A DNA stretch of 32,000 nt, taken from contig PRDJ01000042.1 in assembly GCA_003345555.1 (NCBI GenBank), forward strand, positions 1 through 32,000, given 5' to 3'. Positions within the stretch are counted from its first letter, which is position 1; the number at the start of each line of letters is the position of its first letter. Origin of the DNA: Candidatus Thorarchaeota archaeon. Its GTDB lineage: Archaea > Asgardarchaeota > Thorarchaeia > Thorarchaeales > Thorarchaeaceae. Shown here piece after piece: positions 1 to 9,018 of this stretch. Position numbers and translations under genes: made by a program. A model generated the notes under the pieces. It had not been told where the DNA came from. It did not search any database and saw only the letters and a list, made by a program, of their open reading frames with translations.

Positions 1-191
1 AAGTAGCAATGACCATCCAGATTCCTAATCTGGCAGAAACTATCCTTTGTCCTGACCACATATTCATCCCTTGCGTGACCTGCGGCATCTATCCGATCCA
101 TATCGGATTCTGTAAGCGTCATCTCGGTGTCGATGCAGCATGCCCGAGCAGTGTCACAGTCTCCTGCATGGTTGCAGACAAAAGGTGTCAA
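1..191 (-). CDS. YkgJ-family (CxxCxxCC-like) cysteine-cluster protein, 5' part; runs off the left edge
   Basis: Not in the ORF track; translated by hand from TTG at 191 (GGAGG about 10 nt upstream): LTPFVCNHAGDCDTARACCIDTEMTLTESDMDRIDAAGHARDEYVVRTKDSFCQIRNLDGHCYF. The C..C..CC cluster, the 'LT..D..RI' segment and the later 'G.CYF' are typical of YkgJ/FliB-like proteins. Confidence 0.75.
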   Translation of the reverse strand, partial: MTPFVCNHAGDCDTARACCIDTEMTLTESDMDRIDAAGHARDEYVVRTKDSFCQIRNLDGHCY

Positions 192-320
192 TATTCAATG
201 TCCTCCTTCAGGTGGGGACTATGCGCTGCATGGATGCCAGCTCCACAATCCGAGACTAAGGATATCTGCTAAGCTCATGGAGCATCCTTGAAGACCGTAA
301 TCCAAATGCGTTTCTTAATG

Positions 321-563
321 TCAGTCCTTCCTTGCCAAGCGTCTCAGAGGTGACATTCTCGTCGAATCGTCATCGGTCAAGTCAAGGGAGCTGCGTCCAA
401 TGTGGCTGGTCTCAGTCATGAGTTGTCTTCCAGTTATCGCCAGAAACGCTCTTGCACGAACGGCATTCACAAAATGCATTAGGTCGCTCGGCTGCATTGC
501 GGCCTCTGTCCTGATTCTGCGTGCTCCCGTGAAAGTATCAACCAGCCTGTCGATTATTCTCAT
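321..563 (-). CDS. Hypothetical protein (about 80 aa)
   Basis: Part of track ORF 321..626. ATG at 563 has GAGG just upstream. It fills the gap between the YkgJ gene and ABCE1. No family recognised. Confidence 0.4.
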   Translation of the reverse strand: MRIIDRLVDTFTGARRIRTEAAMQPSDLMHFVNAVRARAFLAITGRQLMTETSHIGRSSLDLTDDDSTRMSPLRRLARKD

Positions 564-696
564 CTTCCTCGCCTCAAGTGTAATTCCTTTGCTACGCACA
601 AAAGCCTTTGCAAGCTGGCATCTCACACAGCCAAAGTGCTAAATACTGTGTCAAGAGTCGCACTCCTAGTTTCTCTGCAGGTGTTGATAAACCAAT

Positions 697-2514
697 ATGC
701 GTGTCGCCGTACTAGATAGGGACCGCTGCAGGCCCAAGGATTGTACCCACGAATGCCAGAGGTTCTGTCCGAGGGTCAGGACCGGCGACGAGACCGTTGT
801 TTTTCCTGACGGGCTCGACAAACCGCCTGTGATCGTTGAGTCTCTCTGTTCGGGAGAGGCAATCTGCGTAAAGAAGTGCCCCTATCACGTCATCAGCATC
901 GTCAACCTACCTGAGGAACTCGAGACTGATACAAGTCACAGGTACGGAGTCAACGCATTCAAGCTATTCCGTCTGCCAATCCCTAAGGAGGGGAAGGTTC
1001 TGGGGCTTATCGGTCCCAACGGAGTGGGAAAGACCACAGCAGTCCGGATACTGTCGGGTGAGTTACAGCCCAACCTTGGCCGTATCGAGTCCCCGCCCAC
1101 GTGGGATGAGATCATTCTCCAATACAGGGGTTCTGAACTCCAGCCGTTCTTCGAGAGGATGCGTGCTGGTTCAATCAAGGCGATTCTCAAGCCTCAGAAC
1201 ATCACTGACCTACCAAAGGTCAAGTCATACGCTGAGCGTCCCGTGAGTGAACTGCTTGGAAGCGCGGATACATCTGGTCGGCTCAAAGAGCTCAAGGAGG
1301 ATTTGAGCTTAACAGGTATCTGGAATCGTCCAATCAAGTTTCTCAGTGGAGGAGAACTTCAGCGCGTGGCAATTAGTGCTGCGATAGTGCGTGATGGAGA
1401 CGTATACTTTTTCGACGAGCCTACTGCCTACCTTGACGTGAGAGAGCGTCTGCGCGTTGCTCGTGCGATAAGACATCTCTCAGATAATGGGAAGACGGTG
1501 GTCGTTGTCGAGCATGACCTTTCGATACTCGATTATGTATCCGACTTAGTTTGTCTATTCTACGGAAGCCCCGGGGTATACGGTATCGTGTCGCATCCAC
1601 ATGGAACCAGAGTCGGTGTAAACATATTCTTGGACGGGTATATTCCGGACGAAAACATGCGATTCCGGGATACTGAGATTTCGTTCAAGGGACAAACCAC
1701 GCAGGACGAACAGTGGGCCGGTGCAGAGACGCTTTTGGAATATGGTGACATGACCAAGAAGTTTGAGGATTTCGAGCTCCGAGTTGCCGGAGGTCGTGTT
1801 GCAAAGGCGCAGGTAATCGGCATTCTTGGACCCAATGGTATCGGAAAGACGACGTTTGTGCGTCTGCTCGCCGGTGAGCTTGAACCGGACGAGGGAGAAG
1901 CACCAAAGAAGACAGTCTTGGGCGCGGATTTGAAGGTGAGCTACAAGCCCCAGTACATTAGTGCGAATTTCGATGGTTCTGTCCGTCTGTATCTTCGTGA
2001 AGCCGGACACGACTTTGTCGAGACAGCCGAATACAAGACAACAGTCGTAAAGAAGCTCGAACTAGAGCATCTCATGGATCATGCGGTCTCCGAGTTAAGT
2101 GGTGGCGAACTACAGCGTGCGGCAATTGCTGCCTGTCTCGCACGAGAAGCAGACATCTATCTTCTAGACGAGCCATCAGCGTTCCTCGATATTGAACAGC
2201 GATTGGCAGGTTCGCGTGCCATTCGCAGAATGATGCAGACTAAAATGAAGACTGCCTTTGTCGTCGAACATTCCCTTCTCATGGCTGACTATCTGAGTGA
2301 CAGTCTCGTCGTGTTTGATGGGATTCCCGGGAAATCCGGACGGGCATCGCCAGTCACCACATTAAGAGTAGGAATGAATATGTTCCTGAAGCAGATGGGA
2401 GTGACGTTCAGGCGCGATCCACAGACAGGGCGTCCGAGGGTAAATAAGGATGGATCTCAGCTTGATTCGCAACAGAAAGCCATGGGCGAATACTACTATG
2501 TTGGTAAGATGTAG
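697..2514 (+). CDS. rli: ABCE1/RLI ribosome-recycling ATPase
   Basis: N-terminal Fe-S domain (CRPKDCTHECQRFCP...LCSGEAICVKKCP). Two NBDs with Walker A GPNGVGKTT and GPNGIGKTT, signature LSGGELQR twice, Walker B FFDEP and LLDEP. C-terminal TFRRDPQTGRPRVNK..SQLD..QK..GEYYY. Confidence 0.98.
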   Translation: MRVAVLDRDRCRPKDCTHECQRFCPRVRTGDETVVFPDGLDKPPVIVESLCSGEAICVKKCPYHVISIVNLPEELETDTSHRYGVNAFKLFRLPIPKEGKVLGLIGPNGVGKTTAVRILSGELQPNLGRIESPPTWDEIILQYRGSELQPFFERMRAGSIKAILKPQNITDLPKVKSYAERPVSELLGSADTSGRLKELKEDLSLTGIWNRPIKFLSGGELQRVAISAAIVRDGDVYFFDEPTAYLDVRERLRVARAIRHLSDNGKTVVVVEHDLSILDYVSDLVCLFYGSPGVYGIVSHPHGTRVGVNIFLDGYIPDENMRFRDTEISFKGQTTQDEQWAGAETLLEYGDMTKKFEDFELRVAGGRVAKAQVIGILGPNGIGKTTFVRLLAGELEPDEGEAPKKTVLGADLKVSYKPQYISANFDGSVRLYLREAGHDFVETAEYKTTVVKKLELEHLMDHAVSELSGGELQRAAIAACLAREADIYLLDEPSAFLDIEQRLAGSRAIRRMMQTKMKTAFVVEHSLLMADYLSDSLVVFDGIPGKSGRASPVTTLRVGMNMFLKQMGVTFRRDPQTGRPRVNKDGSQLDSQQKAMGEYYYVGKM

Positions 2515-2530
2515 TGGAACTTGACCACGG

Positions 2531-3364
2531 CTATCGTGTAACTGCCCTTGACCAGAACCTCTTGCCTTTGCTCCCCTTTTCGGTATCCATTTCTGCAAGA
2601 ATCTTGGCTGCTTCATTGCCGCAGTCAATCGCAGCATCTTCGCCCTTCACTGCGAATTCGTCTCGCACTCTATTCGCGTAGACGGCACAGACTGCTCCGG
2701 CTCTGAATCCGTATATATTCGCGAGAGTGAACAACGTGGCAGCCTCCATCTCGAAGTTTGTAACGTTCGCTCTCTGCAGTTCCTCGATTAGGCCGGTGGT
2801 CCAGCTTTGTTCATATCCACCGAACCCGGGTCTGGATTGGCCAAGATAGAACGAGTCAGTTGATGCCGAAATGCCGAGATGGTATCTCGCGCCCAGGCCC
2901 TCTGCAGCCTCAACTAGTGCCAGCAATACCTCGTAAGACGGCATTGCTGGATACTCTGGCCTGATGTACTGCTTGCTTGTGCCCTCAAGTCTTACTGCGC
3001 CAGTTGAAATGATGAGGTCTCCAATCTCAATTTCCTTCTTGAGAGTAGCACAGGAACCAACTCGAATGAAGTCCCGAGCACCTACATTGGCCAGTTCCTC
3101 GATCACGATTGCAGTCCCCGGTCCTCCGATTCCGGTTGAGCAGGCTGACAGAGATGCTCCCTTGTAGGTACCCGTATGTGTCACGAACTGCCTATGCGTC
3201 CCTATCTTCCTGACAGATTCCCATCGGGAACTTATTTTCTCCACTCGTTGCGGGTCACCTGGCAGAATGACGGTTCGAGCCACGTCACCCTCTCGAACTT
3301 CTATGTGGTACTGCTTGCGGTCTGGTGTTTCCGGTCTGCGTGCTGACACCTTAGCTGAGGGCAT
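2531..3364 (-). CDS. udp: Uridine phosphorylase / nucleoside phosphorylase (PNP_UDP_1)
   Basis: QYHI..., ILPGDPQRV, HRQFVT, STGIGGPG..IVIEEL, FIRVGSC, GAVRLEGTSKQY, STDSFYLGQ, NFEMEAATLF. Confidence 0.93.
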   Translation of the reverse strand: MPSAKVSARRPETPDRKQYHIEVREGDVARTVILPGDPQRVEKISSRWESVRKIGTHRQFVTHTGTYKGASLSACSTGIGGPGTAIVIEELANVGARDFIRVGSCATLKKEIEIGDLIISTGAVRLEGTSKQYIRPEYPAMPSYEVLLALVEAAEGLGARYHLGISASTDSFYLGQSRPGFGGYEQSWTTGLIEELQRANVTNFEMEAATLFTLANIYGFRAGAVCAVYANRVRDEFAVKGEDAAIDCGNEAAKILAEMDTEKGSKGKRFWSRAVTR

Positions 3365-3648
3365 CTTTCTTCATCCACTTGAAGGCATTACTGAAACGCC
3401 CTATTCTTGTTTTTGGGATACCTTGGTGCGAGCTAACAAACCTGGTCCTTGAACCGCCAAGACGAGTCTGAAACAAGGTCTACACTATTATACGTCCATA
3501 AAACTCATATGGGCGCGCGTTTTCTCAAAAAACGAGGCCTAACTCTCTTTGCGGGCTCGAAAGAATTAATACAAAGTGCAATGGAGGTCGTTCCTCCGCT
3601 GTGTAGAATGCAAGGAATTGAGCCCATAGAGAAAAAGGAGGAAGAGCG

Positions 3649-4815
3649 ATGGTTGAAACTACTCTTAGCGTCATCAAAGCAGATGTCGGTTCTTTGGCTG
3701 GCCATGTGATAGTACCCGATTTCGTAATGGAGCTTGCTCGGAAGTGTATGAAAGATGGCGTGGATAAGAAAATCATCAAAGACTTTCGAGTAGTGAATGC
3801 GGGCGACGATCTCGAGCTGATTATGACTCACCATCGCGGGGAGGGCGCCGAAGAAGTGCACAAGCTCGCTTGGGACACTTTCATGAAGTGCACTGAGAAA
3901 GCGCGTGAAATGAAGATCTACGCTGCCGGTCAGGACATGCTTTCTGACACGTTCAGTGGCAACGTGAAGGGGATGGGACCTGGGACTGCTGAGATGACTG
4001 TAGAGGAGAGAAAGTCAGAGCCCTTTGCAGTGTTCTGTGCCGACAAGACCGAACCAGGTGCTTACAACCTGCCTCTGTTCAAGATATATGCAGATCCTTT
4101 CAACACGGCGGGCTTGGTAATTGATCCTAATCTTCACGATGGTTTCAAGTTCGTCGTGCAAGACATAGAGAAGCAAGTTCCCTCCTATGTGGAACTGCAA
4201 TGTCCAGAAGAGATGTACGACCTGCTGGCTCTGATTGGGAGCACTGGTCGTTACGTGATTAAGAGAATCTTCAGACGTGACGGCATGGTAACGGCCTCAG
4301 TCAGCACCGACAAACTGTCGCATATTGCAGGGAAGTATGTCGGGAAAGACGACCCTGTCGCAATCGTAAGAGCACACTCTGGTCTGCCAGCAATGGGCGA
4401 GGTTTTGGAGGCCTTTACTCTTCCGCACCTAGTAGCAGGATGGATGCGCGGTTCTCATACAGGACCGCTGCTGCCAGTCGGTCTGAAAGACTCGAGGTGT
4501 ACCAGGTTTGACGGCCCTCCGCGGATAATCGCACTTGGTCTACAGGTCAGCAACGGCATGCTTGTAGGAATGGTGGATCTGTTCGAGGACGTGGCCTTTG
4601 ACATTACCAGACGCAGAGGAATGGAAGTCGCTGATTACCTAAGAAGGCACGGACCCTTTATGCCACACAGACTCAATGAGCATGACATGGAATACACAAC
4701 CCTGCCTAGTGTGATGACTAGGCTTGAGGGTCGTTTCACTGAGGATGATGGCTCGGTCGGGAAATCCGCAAGCTCCAAGAGTGCAAAGAAGCTTCGCGCA
4801 GATTCTGCCGAGTGA
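3649..4815 (+). CDS. fbp: Bifunctional fructose-1,6-bisphosphate aldolase/phosphatase (class V FBPase)
   Basis: TLSVIKADVGSLAGH, GDDLELIMTH, YAAGQDML...GNVKGMGPG.AE, ADKTEPGAYNLPL, DPFNTAGLVIDP, YVGKDDPV, GWMRGSHTGPL, RFDGPPR, RRHGPFMPHRL...MEYTTLP. SD AAGGAGG at 3635-3641. Confidence 0.98.
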   Translation: MVETTLSVIKADVGSLAGHVIVPDFVMELARKCMKDGVDKKIIKDFRVVNAGDDLELIMTHHRGEGAEEVHKLAWDTFMKCTEKAREMKIYAAGQDMLSDTFSGNVKGMGPGTAEMTVEERKSEPFAVFCADKTEPGAYNLPLFKIYADPFNTAGLVIDPNLHDGFKFVVQDIEKQVPSYVELQCPEEMYDLLALIGSTGRYVIKRIFRRDGMVTASVSTDKLSHIAGKYVGKDDPVAIVRAHSGLPAMGEVLEAFTLPHLVAGWMRGSHTGPLLPVGLKDSRCTRFDGPPRIIALGLQVSNGMLVGMVDLFEDVAFDITRRRGMEVADYLRRHGPFMPHRLNEHDMEYTTLPSVMTRLEGRFTEDDGSVGKSASSKSAKKLRADSAE

Positions 4816-4892
4816 TATCTCACCAAATGAAATGTGCATTGCAGGCACAAGCCGCCATTTTGCAACCGAATGTCGTGTTCGAAAAGAGAGTA

Positions 4893-4938
4893 GCTGAGCA
4901 AAATCTCAGTTCCGGTGACTCCGGGGGATTTGCTCAGC
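4893..4938. terminator. Long stem-loop between the convergent fbp and parvulin genes (candidate bidirectional terminator or RNA stability element)
   Basis: GCTGAGCAAA(A)TCTC pairs with GGGGATTTGCTCAGC, with an inner CCGG/CCGG stem. It overlaps the parvulin stop codon. Confidence 0.45.
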
Positions 4939-5224
4939 CTGTTCGCTTGATTATATGATATCCGAACTTAGTCTTGACTGGCTCAGTGGTCATCTGACCA
5001 GGATTCAAAGCAAATGCAGCTTGCTCGAACTCGGGGATCATCTTTCCTCTCCCAAACCAACCCAAGTCTCCGCCCTTGTTCTTCGACGGACACGTGCTAA
5101 ACTGTTTGGCCATATCTGCAAAGCTAGCGCCCTCATTGATCTTTCTGATTATATCCAATGCTTGGCTCTGTTTCTCAACCAAGATATGGCTAGCTTTCAC
5201 TTTTCCTGCAGTGCTTTTGCTCAC
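4934..5224 (-). CDS. ppiC: Parvulin-type peptidyl-prolyl cis-trans isomerase
   Basis: KASHILV, FADMAKQFSTCPS..GGDLGWFGRGKMIPEFEQAAF, PVKTKFGYHII. Confidence 0.96.
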   Translation of the reverse strand: MSKSTAGKVKASHILVEKQSQALDIIRKINEGASFADMAKQFSTCPSKNKGGDLGWFGRGKMIPEFEQAAFALNPGQMTTEPVKTKFGYHIIKRTG

Positions 5225-5470
5225 AGGTATTCACCTCAACTCGAAAGTCCATGTTACCAGGGCGCGCTTGGCATCACCGTGATGCATACCCGGGTTCCAT
5301 GTCATCTACCGCAGGAGCAATGGGACTTGGTTATTAGAGTATTCCTTTCGAGACCGTACGACAGACTACCACATAGCGTTGTAAGCAATCAGGTGGATAT
5401 TACGCAGATGCGCATCAGGGAATGACACCGGTTCTTTAGGACCTACATGTCAACTATTAATCGGTGCAGA

Positions 5471-5707
5471 ATGAGAGTAGTAACCATATGCTTGCCGGAG
5501 TCCTATGTTGAAGGCATGGACGCCCTGATAAAGAAGGACATGTACCCAAGCCGATCAGAGGTAATCCGTATTGCCATAAGGGACCTCTTGATTGCAGAGC
5601 TCTGGAGTGAGAAAAGCCCGACTGGTTTGCGTCCGATTCCCACAGCCGCCGAGCGGACTTCTCCAGTTCCACTGGACCGGATATCCCCCGTCGAACAATA
5701 TCGATAG
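5471..5707 (+). CDS. Ribbon-helix-helix (CopG/Arc/MetJ, CdrS-like) transcriptional regulator
   Basis: MRVVTICLPESYVEGMDALIKKDMYPSRSEVIRIAIRDLL is the archaeal RHH pattern (YPSRSE.IR.A.RDLL). ATG 5471 chosen over 5447. Confidence 0.88.
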   Translation: MRVVTICLPESYVEGMDALIKKDMYPSRSEVIRIAIRDLLIAELWSEKSPTGLRPIPTAAERTSPVPLDRISPVEQYR

Positions 5708-5785
5708 TCTGTACAACTCAATTACCTTTTTCTTGGAGAGATTCGCCTATCACCACCTGATATCTAGAGGCGGAGAACGCCGAAC

Positions 5786-6412
5786 ATGGTGCGTAAGATA
5801 TTCGGGCGCGGCAAGAAAGACACCAAAGAGGAAAAAGAGGAAGAAGAGGAGTCCATAGAAGAGCAGTTGGGCCCTCGAGAGATAGAAGCACCCTACACAC
5901 CCCCATCTCCAAACACTCCCATCGAAGTTGCTCCAAGTGTAGCTGAGAAGTTGTCAGTTGACAAGTTGCCGACAGTTGGTGCAAAGGAATCAAAGTCCTC
6001 TGAACGAGGAGGAACCGTCCCTTACCATAATTCGTTGCCGGACCGTCTGAAGTATTTCTCTGACGACCAATCTGCAGTCAAAGGACTGGAAAGCACAGAC
6101 TCGTTCACACTCGGTTTCTTAGCCATGGGCGACAGATTCAAGGTCGAAAAGGAACCGATGGGGCCCATCAAAGTGGAGCCCGGAATGACGCATGAGGAGG
6201 ATGCTTTCATCCGAGTCTCTAACGAGGCTGTTGCCGAGCTTCTTTCTGCGGCCTCATTCAAAGAGTTTTCAGATGTGTACATGCATTACTACAGAAATGC
6301 AGGACCGGGGAAGTTCGTCAAGATTGAGCTCCGCGAAGACATTAGTTCCCTGAACAAGCGAGGATTCGCCAGAGTCCCCATTCTCAAACTTCTGATTGGA
6401 ACTGCACGCTAG
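5786..6412 (+). CDS. Hypothetical protein: disordered N-terminus plus possible SCP2 sterol/lipid-carrier-like C-terminal domain
   Basis: Clean 208-aa ORF with GGAG upstream. Basic tip, acidic run, Pro-rich linker, then FTLGFLAMGDRFKVE...GPIKVEPG.....DAFIRVSNEAVAELL, reminiscent of SCP2 folds. Confidence 0.7.
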   Translation: MVRKIFGRGKKDTKEEKEEEEESIEEQLGPREIEAPYTPPSPNTPIEVAPSVAEKLSVDKLPTVGAKESKSSERGGTVPYHNSLPDRLKYFSDDQSAVKGLESTDSFTLGFLAMGDRFKVEKEPMGPIKVEPGMTHEEDAFIRVSNEAVAELLSAASFKEFSDVYMHYYRNAGPGKFVKIELREDISSLNKRGFARVPILKLLIGTAR

Positions 6413-6539
6413 AAGAGAATCGGCACCTGTTTTCGAGTCGTGTTCTCTGCCCCGTATCGCAGGCAATTTGGAGCGCCATGTTAATAGGTGACTACTCACG
6501 TGCAGGCTTTGTGGGTGGCTGAATCACCGAGGAGAGTAT

Positions 6540-7226
6540 GTGATGACTGAACTACGAATGCCAGTAGTTGTAGTGAATTTCAAGACCTATCCTCAGGCTA
6601 CAGGTGACAAGGCAGTGAGCTTAGCCAAGATATGTGAGAAGGTTGCACGAGAATACAATGTATCGATGGTCGTCGCACCTCAGATTGCGGACCTCTACAG
6701 GGTGACCACAGTCGTCACAATACCCGTCTTTTCCCAACATATGGATCCCGGAGAACCGGGCCGATACACAGGGCATACCCTAGGCGAAGCTCTTGTCGCT
6801 TCCGGATGCAAGGGCACATTGTTGAACCACTCTGAGAATAGGATGCAGCTGGCTGATATCGAAGAGGCGGTGAGAATTGCAGAGAAGCTTAAGCTCTACA
6901 CGATTGTGTGCACGAATAATCCCTTTGTCAGCGTTGCTGCCGCATCCGTCCGTCCTTCTGCGATAGCCGTTGAACCCCCCGAGTTGATATCTTCAGGTAT
7001 TTCAGTTTCTAAAGCTCAGCCCGAGATTATCACGGGTACAGTTGAAAAGATACGGGCTGTCAACCGGGAAGTGGCAATTCTCTGCGGGGCCGGTATCACA
7101 ACTGGCGAAGATGTGAGTGCCGCCATCAAGCTCGGCTCGCAAGGGGTCTTGCTAGCTTCAGCTGTTGCCAAGTCGGACAAACCCGAGACCGCGCTAAGAA
7201 ACCTTGTAGGTCCCCTGAGAAAATAG
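6540..7226 (+). CDS. tpiA: Triosephosphate isomerase (archaeal type)
   Basis: VVNFKTY, VFSQHMD, GTLLNHSENR, IAVEPPELI, LCGAGIT, GVLLASAVAK. Confidence 0.97.
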   Translation: MMTELRMPVVVVNFKTYPQATGDKAVSLAKICEKVAREYNVSMVVAPQIADLYRVTTVVTIPVFSQHMDPGEPGRYTGHTLGEALVASGCKGTLLNHSENRMQLADIEEAVRIAEKLKLYTIVCTNNPFVSVAAASVRPSAIAVEPPELISSGISVSKAQPEIITGTVEKIRAVNREVAILCGAGITTGEDVSAAIKLGSQGVLLASAVAKSDKPETALRNLVGPLRK

Positions 7227-7281
7227 CAGCTTCCGTTTATCTTTTCAGAGCAGGAACAAGGCGACAAGACGGCAATCCAAG

Positions 7282-8172
7282 TTGAAAGTCACTCCCATTT
7301 GTGCCCAGTGCTTGCTGGAACGGGCAGTAAAGCAAGTCCATTTGGCGACAACCGATAAGGATCTCCAGTCAAGGGTAGTCGCCTCCATGATGGAGCTTCT
7401 TGAGAGAGAGTTTACAGTCGACTCTGTACCATGCTACATTGGAACGGACCGGGACCTGCTCGTACAAAGGATGACAGGAGTGGATCCGTACAAGGATCTA
7501 AAAGCAAGATCGAATGAGATGGCCCTCCGCATTCTGCCCGAACTCCAGATGTCAATAGATATGATGAGAAGCCCGGTCCAGAAGTTCAGGAGGGCAGCGC
7601 TGATAGCGGCTGCAGCCAACGCCATTGAATTCGATGTTGCAGGCCGAGACTTTTGCCTTGCCGACTTCAAAGAGATAGTGGACCGTGTAGAATCCGACTT
7701 GGTAGTAGACGATATCGAGCCATTCCGACGTCTCTGCAAACAAGTCCGTAATGTAACGTATTTGGTTGATAACGCGGGAGAAGTCGCACTTGATACCATA
7801 CTGATTTCTCAAATCAAGCGCTTGGGTCCTCGTGTGACTGCAGTTGTGAAAAAGGGGCCGATCCTGAACGATGCAACACTCGAAGACGCCAAAGAGGTCG
7901 GTCTTAATAGTATCGCAGACCAGGTGATGGACATGGGTGCTCCAACAATCGGTATCATTCTGAACCGGGCATCGGAGGAGTTCAAGCAGGTCCTCTTCTC
8001 CTCCCAACTCATTGTCGCCAAGGGCATGGGTCATTACGAATCCATCACTGAGCTCAAACTTCCTTGTCCCGTGGTTCACATATTGCGGACTAAATGCAGC
8101 CCTGTTGCTGATCACATCGGCGTGCCACGCAACAAGAATGTGGTACTGCTCAGACGACCCGAGCATGCATAG
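7282..8172 (+). CDS. DUF89/ARMT1-like damage-control metal-dependent phosphatase
   Basis: CAQCLL N-terminus, DPYKDLK.RSN..A, AAANAIEF, YLVDNAGEVALD, PILNDAT..DA, IVAKGMGHYE, LRTKCSPVA. Confidence 0.92.
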   Translation: MKVTPICAQCLLERAVKQVHLATTDKDLQSRVVASMMELLEREFTVDSVPCYIGTDRDLLVQRMTGVDPYKDLKARSNEMALRILPELQMSIDMMRSPVQKFRRAALIAAAANAIEFDVAGRDFCLADFKEIVDRVESDLVVDDIEPFRRLCKQVRNVTYLVDNAGEVALDTILISQIKRLGPRVTAVVKKGPILNDATLEDAKEVGLNSIADQVMDMGAPTIGIILNRASEEFKQVLFSSQLIVAKGMGHYESITELKLPCPVVHILRTKCSPVADHIGVPRNKNVVLLRRPEHA

Positions 8173-8187
8173 GTACTCCGAGCTTTA

Positions 8188-9018
8188 CTAGGCCATATCC
8201 TGTGAGTACGGTCTGAGAGTCTTAGAGAGGGGAGGGGAGTCGATGAAATCCAATTTGAGTTCGGCAAACTCGAGGCTTAGTTGATACTTGAGACGCTTCA
8301 TACCCGGCTCCTCGCTGAAGAATGCCCCGAGCTCGACGGTGTTGATTCCTTCTTCGACGGCGATTGTTCTTGTTTCGGGGAGCAGCTCCCCAGTGACGAT
8401 TGTTTCTATATCTTGCTTCTTCGCTTCGGATATTTCCAGTAGATCAGTCAAGTCGCCTGCGATGACCAAGATTGGACCCAGTTCGTCGTCCAGTTCTCCC
8501 CCGAATTCAACCCCTTCGAGTCCCATCTTGCCAGCAACATAGTTGGCAAAGCCGGAATGGTTCATGACTCCGGGTGGCTCACATATTCTGCCCAGTGGAA
8601 CCGTTTCCGAATACGTGCCGAGAGTTCTGAATTCCTTGAGCGCTTTCAATCCCAATGTTTCGACTAAGGCATCAGTAAGTCCGCCGTTGGCGCTTGCCCA
8701 TGCACTGCCAATTGTGTATGCAGAGATGTAGTTCTTTGTCAGGAGTCTCACACGAATGAGGTCGAAACCATACAATCTATCAAGAGCAAATGGAAAAATC
8801 GGCCGGTATGTGATGAGAAGGTTGGCCTTATCTTGGGATGCCTTTGTCACTGCCCTCGCTGACGGGTATGTCGCCACGAGTATCCGGTTGACTGTTGTCT
8901 TTGCCTGCTCACTTTCTGTTTGCGGACCGATTTCGACCCGCGCTTCAATGTCTCTAACCGACAGTTCGCGTGGGGCGATACTCTGAAGGAACTTGGTTAT
9001 GTCATGAAGAGTCGTCAT
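8188..9018 (-). CDS. NIF3/DUF34-like protein with degenerate metal site
   Basis: Fold landmarks are present (I..FLQSIAP..L, V..ILVA, ANLLIT.rP.F, GGLTDAL...LGL, GRI, IVTGE, LG...SEEPGM..L). The HH, H..LD and H..E ligands are substituted. Confidence 0.8.
   Translation of the reverse strand: MTTLHDITKFLQSIAPRELSVRDIEARVEIGPQTESEQAKTTVNRILVATYPSARAVTKASQDKANLLITYRPIFPFALDRLYGFDLIRVRLLTKNYISAYTIGSAWASANGGLTDALVETLGLKALKEFRTLGTYSETVPLGRICEPPGVMNHSGFANYVAGKMGLEGVEFGGELDDELGPILVIAGDLTDLLEISEAKKQDIETIVTGELLPETRTIAVEEGINTVELGAFFSEEPGMKRLKYQLSLEFAELKLDFIDSPPLSKTLRPYSQDMA

Noticed and set aside
235-290. GGATGC/GCATCC-closed stem between the YkgJ gene and the 80-aa ORF as a eukaryote-like SECIS
   Set aside because: The inner helix does not pair well around AUGA/GA, and the upstream TGA is followed by TAA one codon later.
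4893-4938. Hairpin right after the parvulin TGA as a SECIS (selenocysteine readthrough)
   Set aside because: The protein ends at the normal parvulin terminus (YHIIKRTG), no Cys-equivalent is expected there, and the SECIS core motifs are absent.
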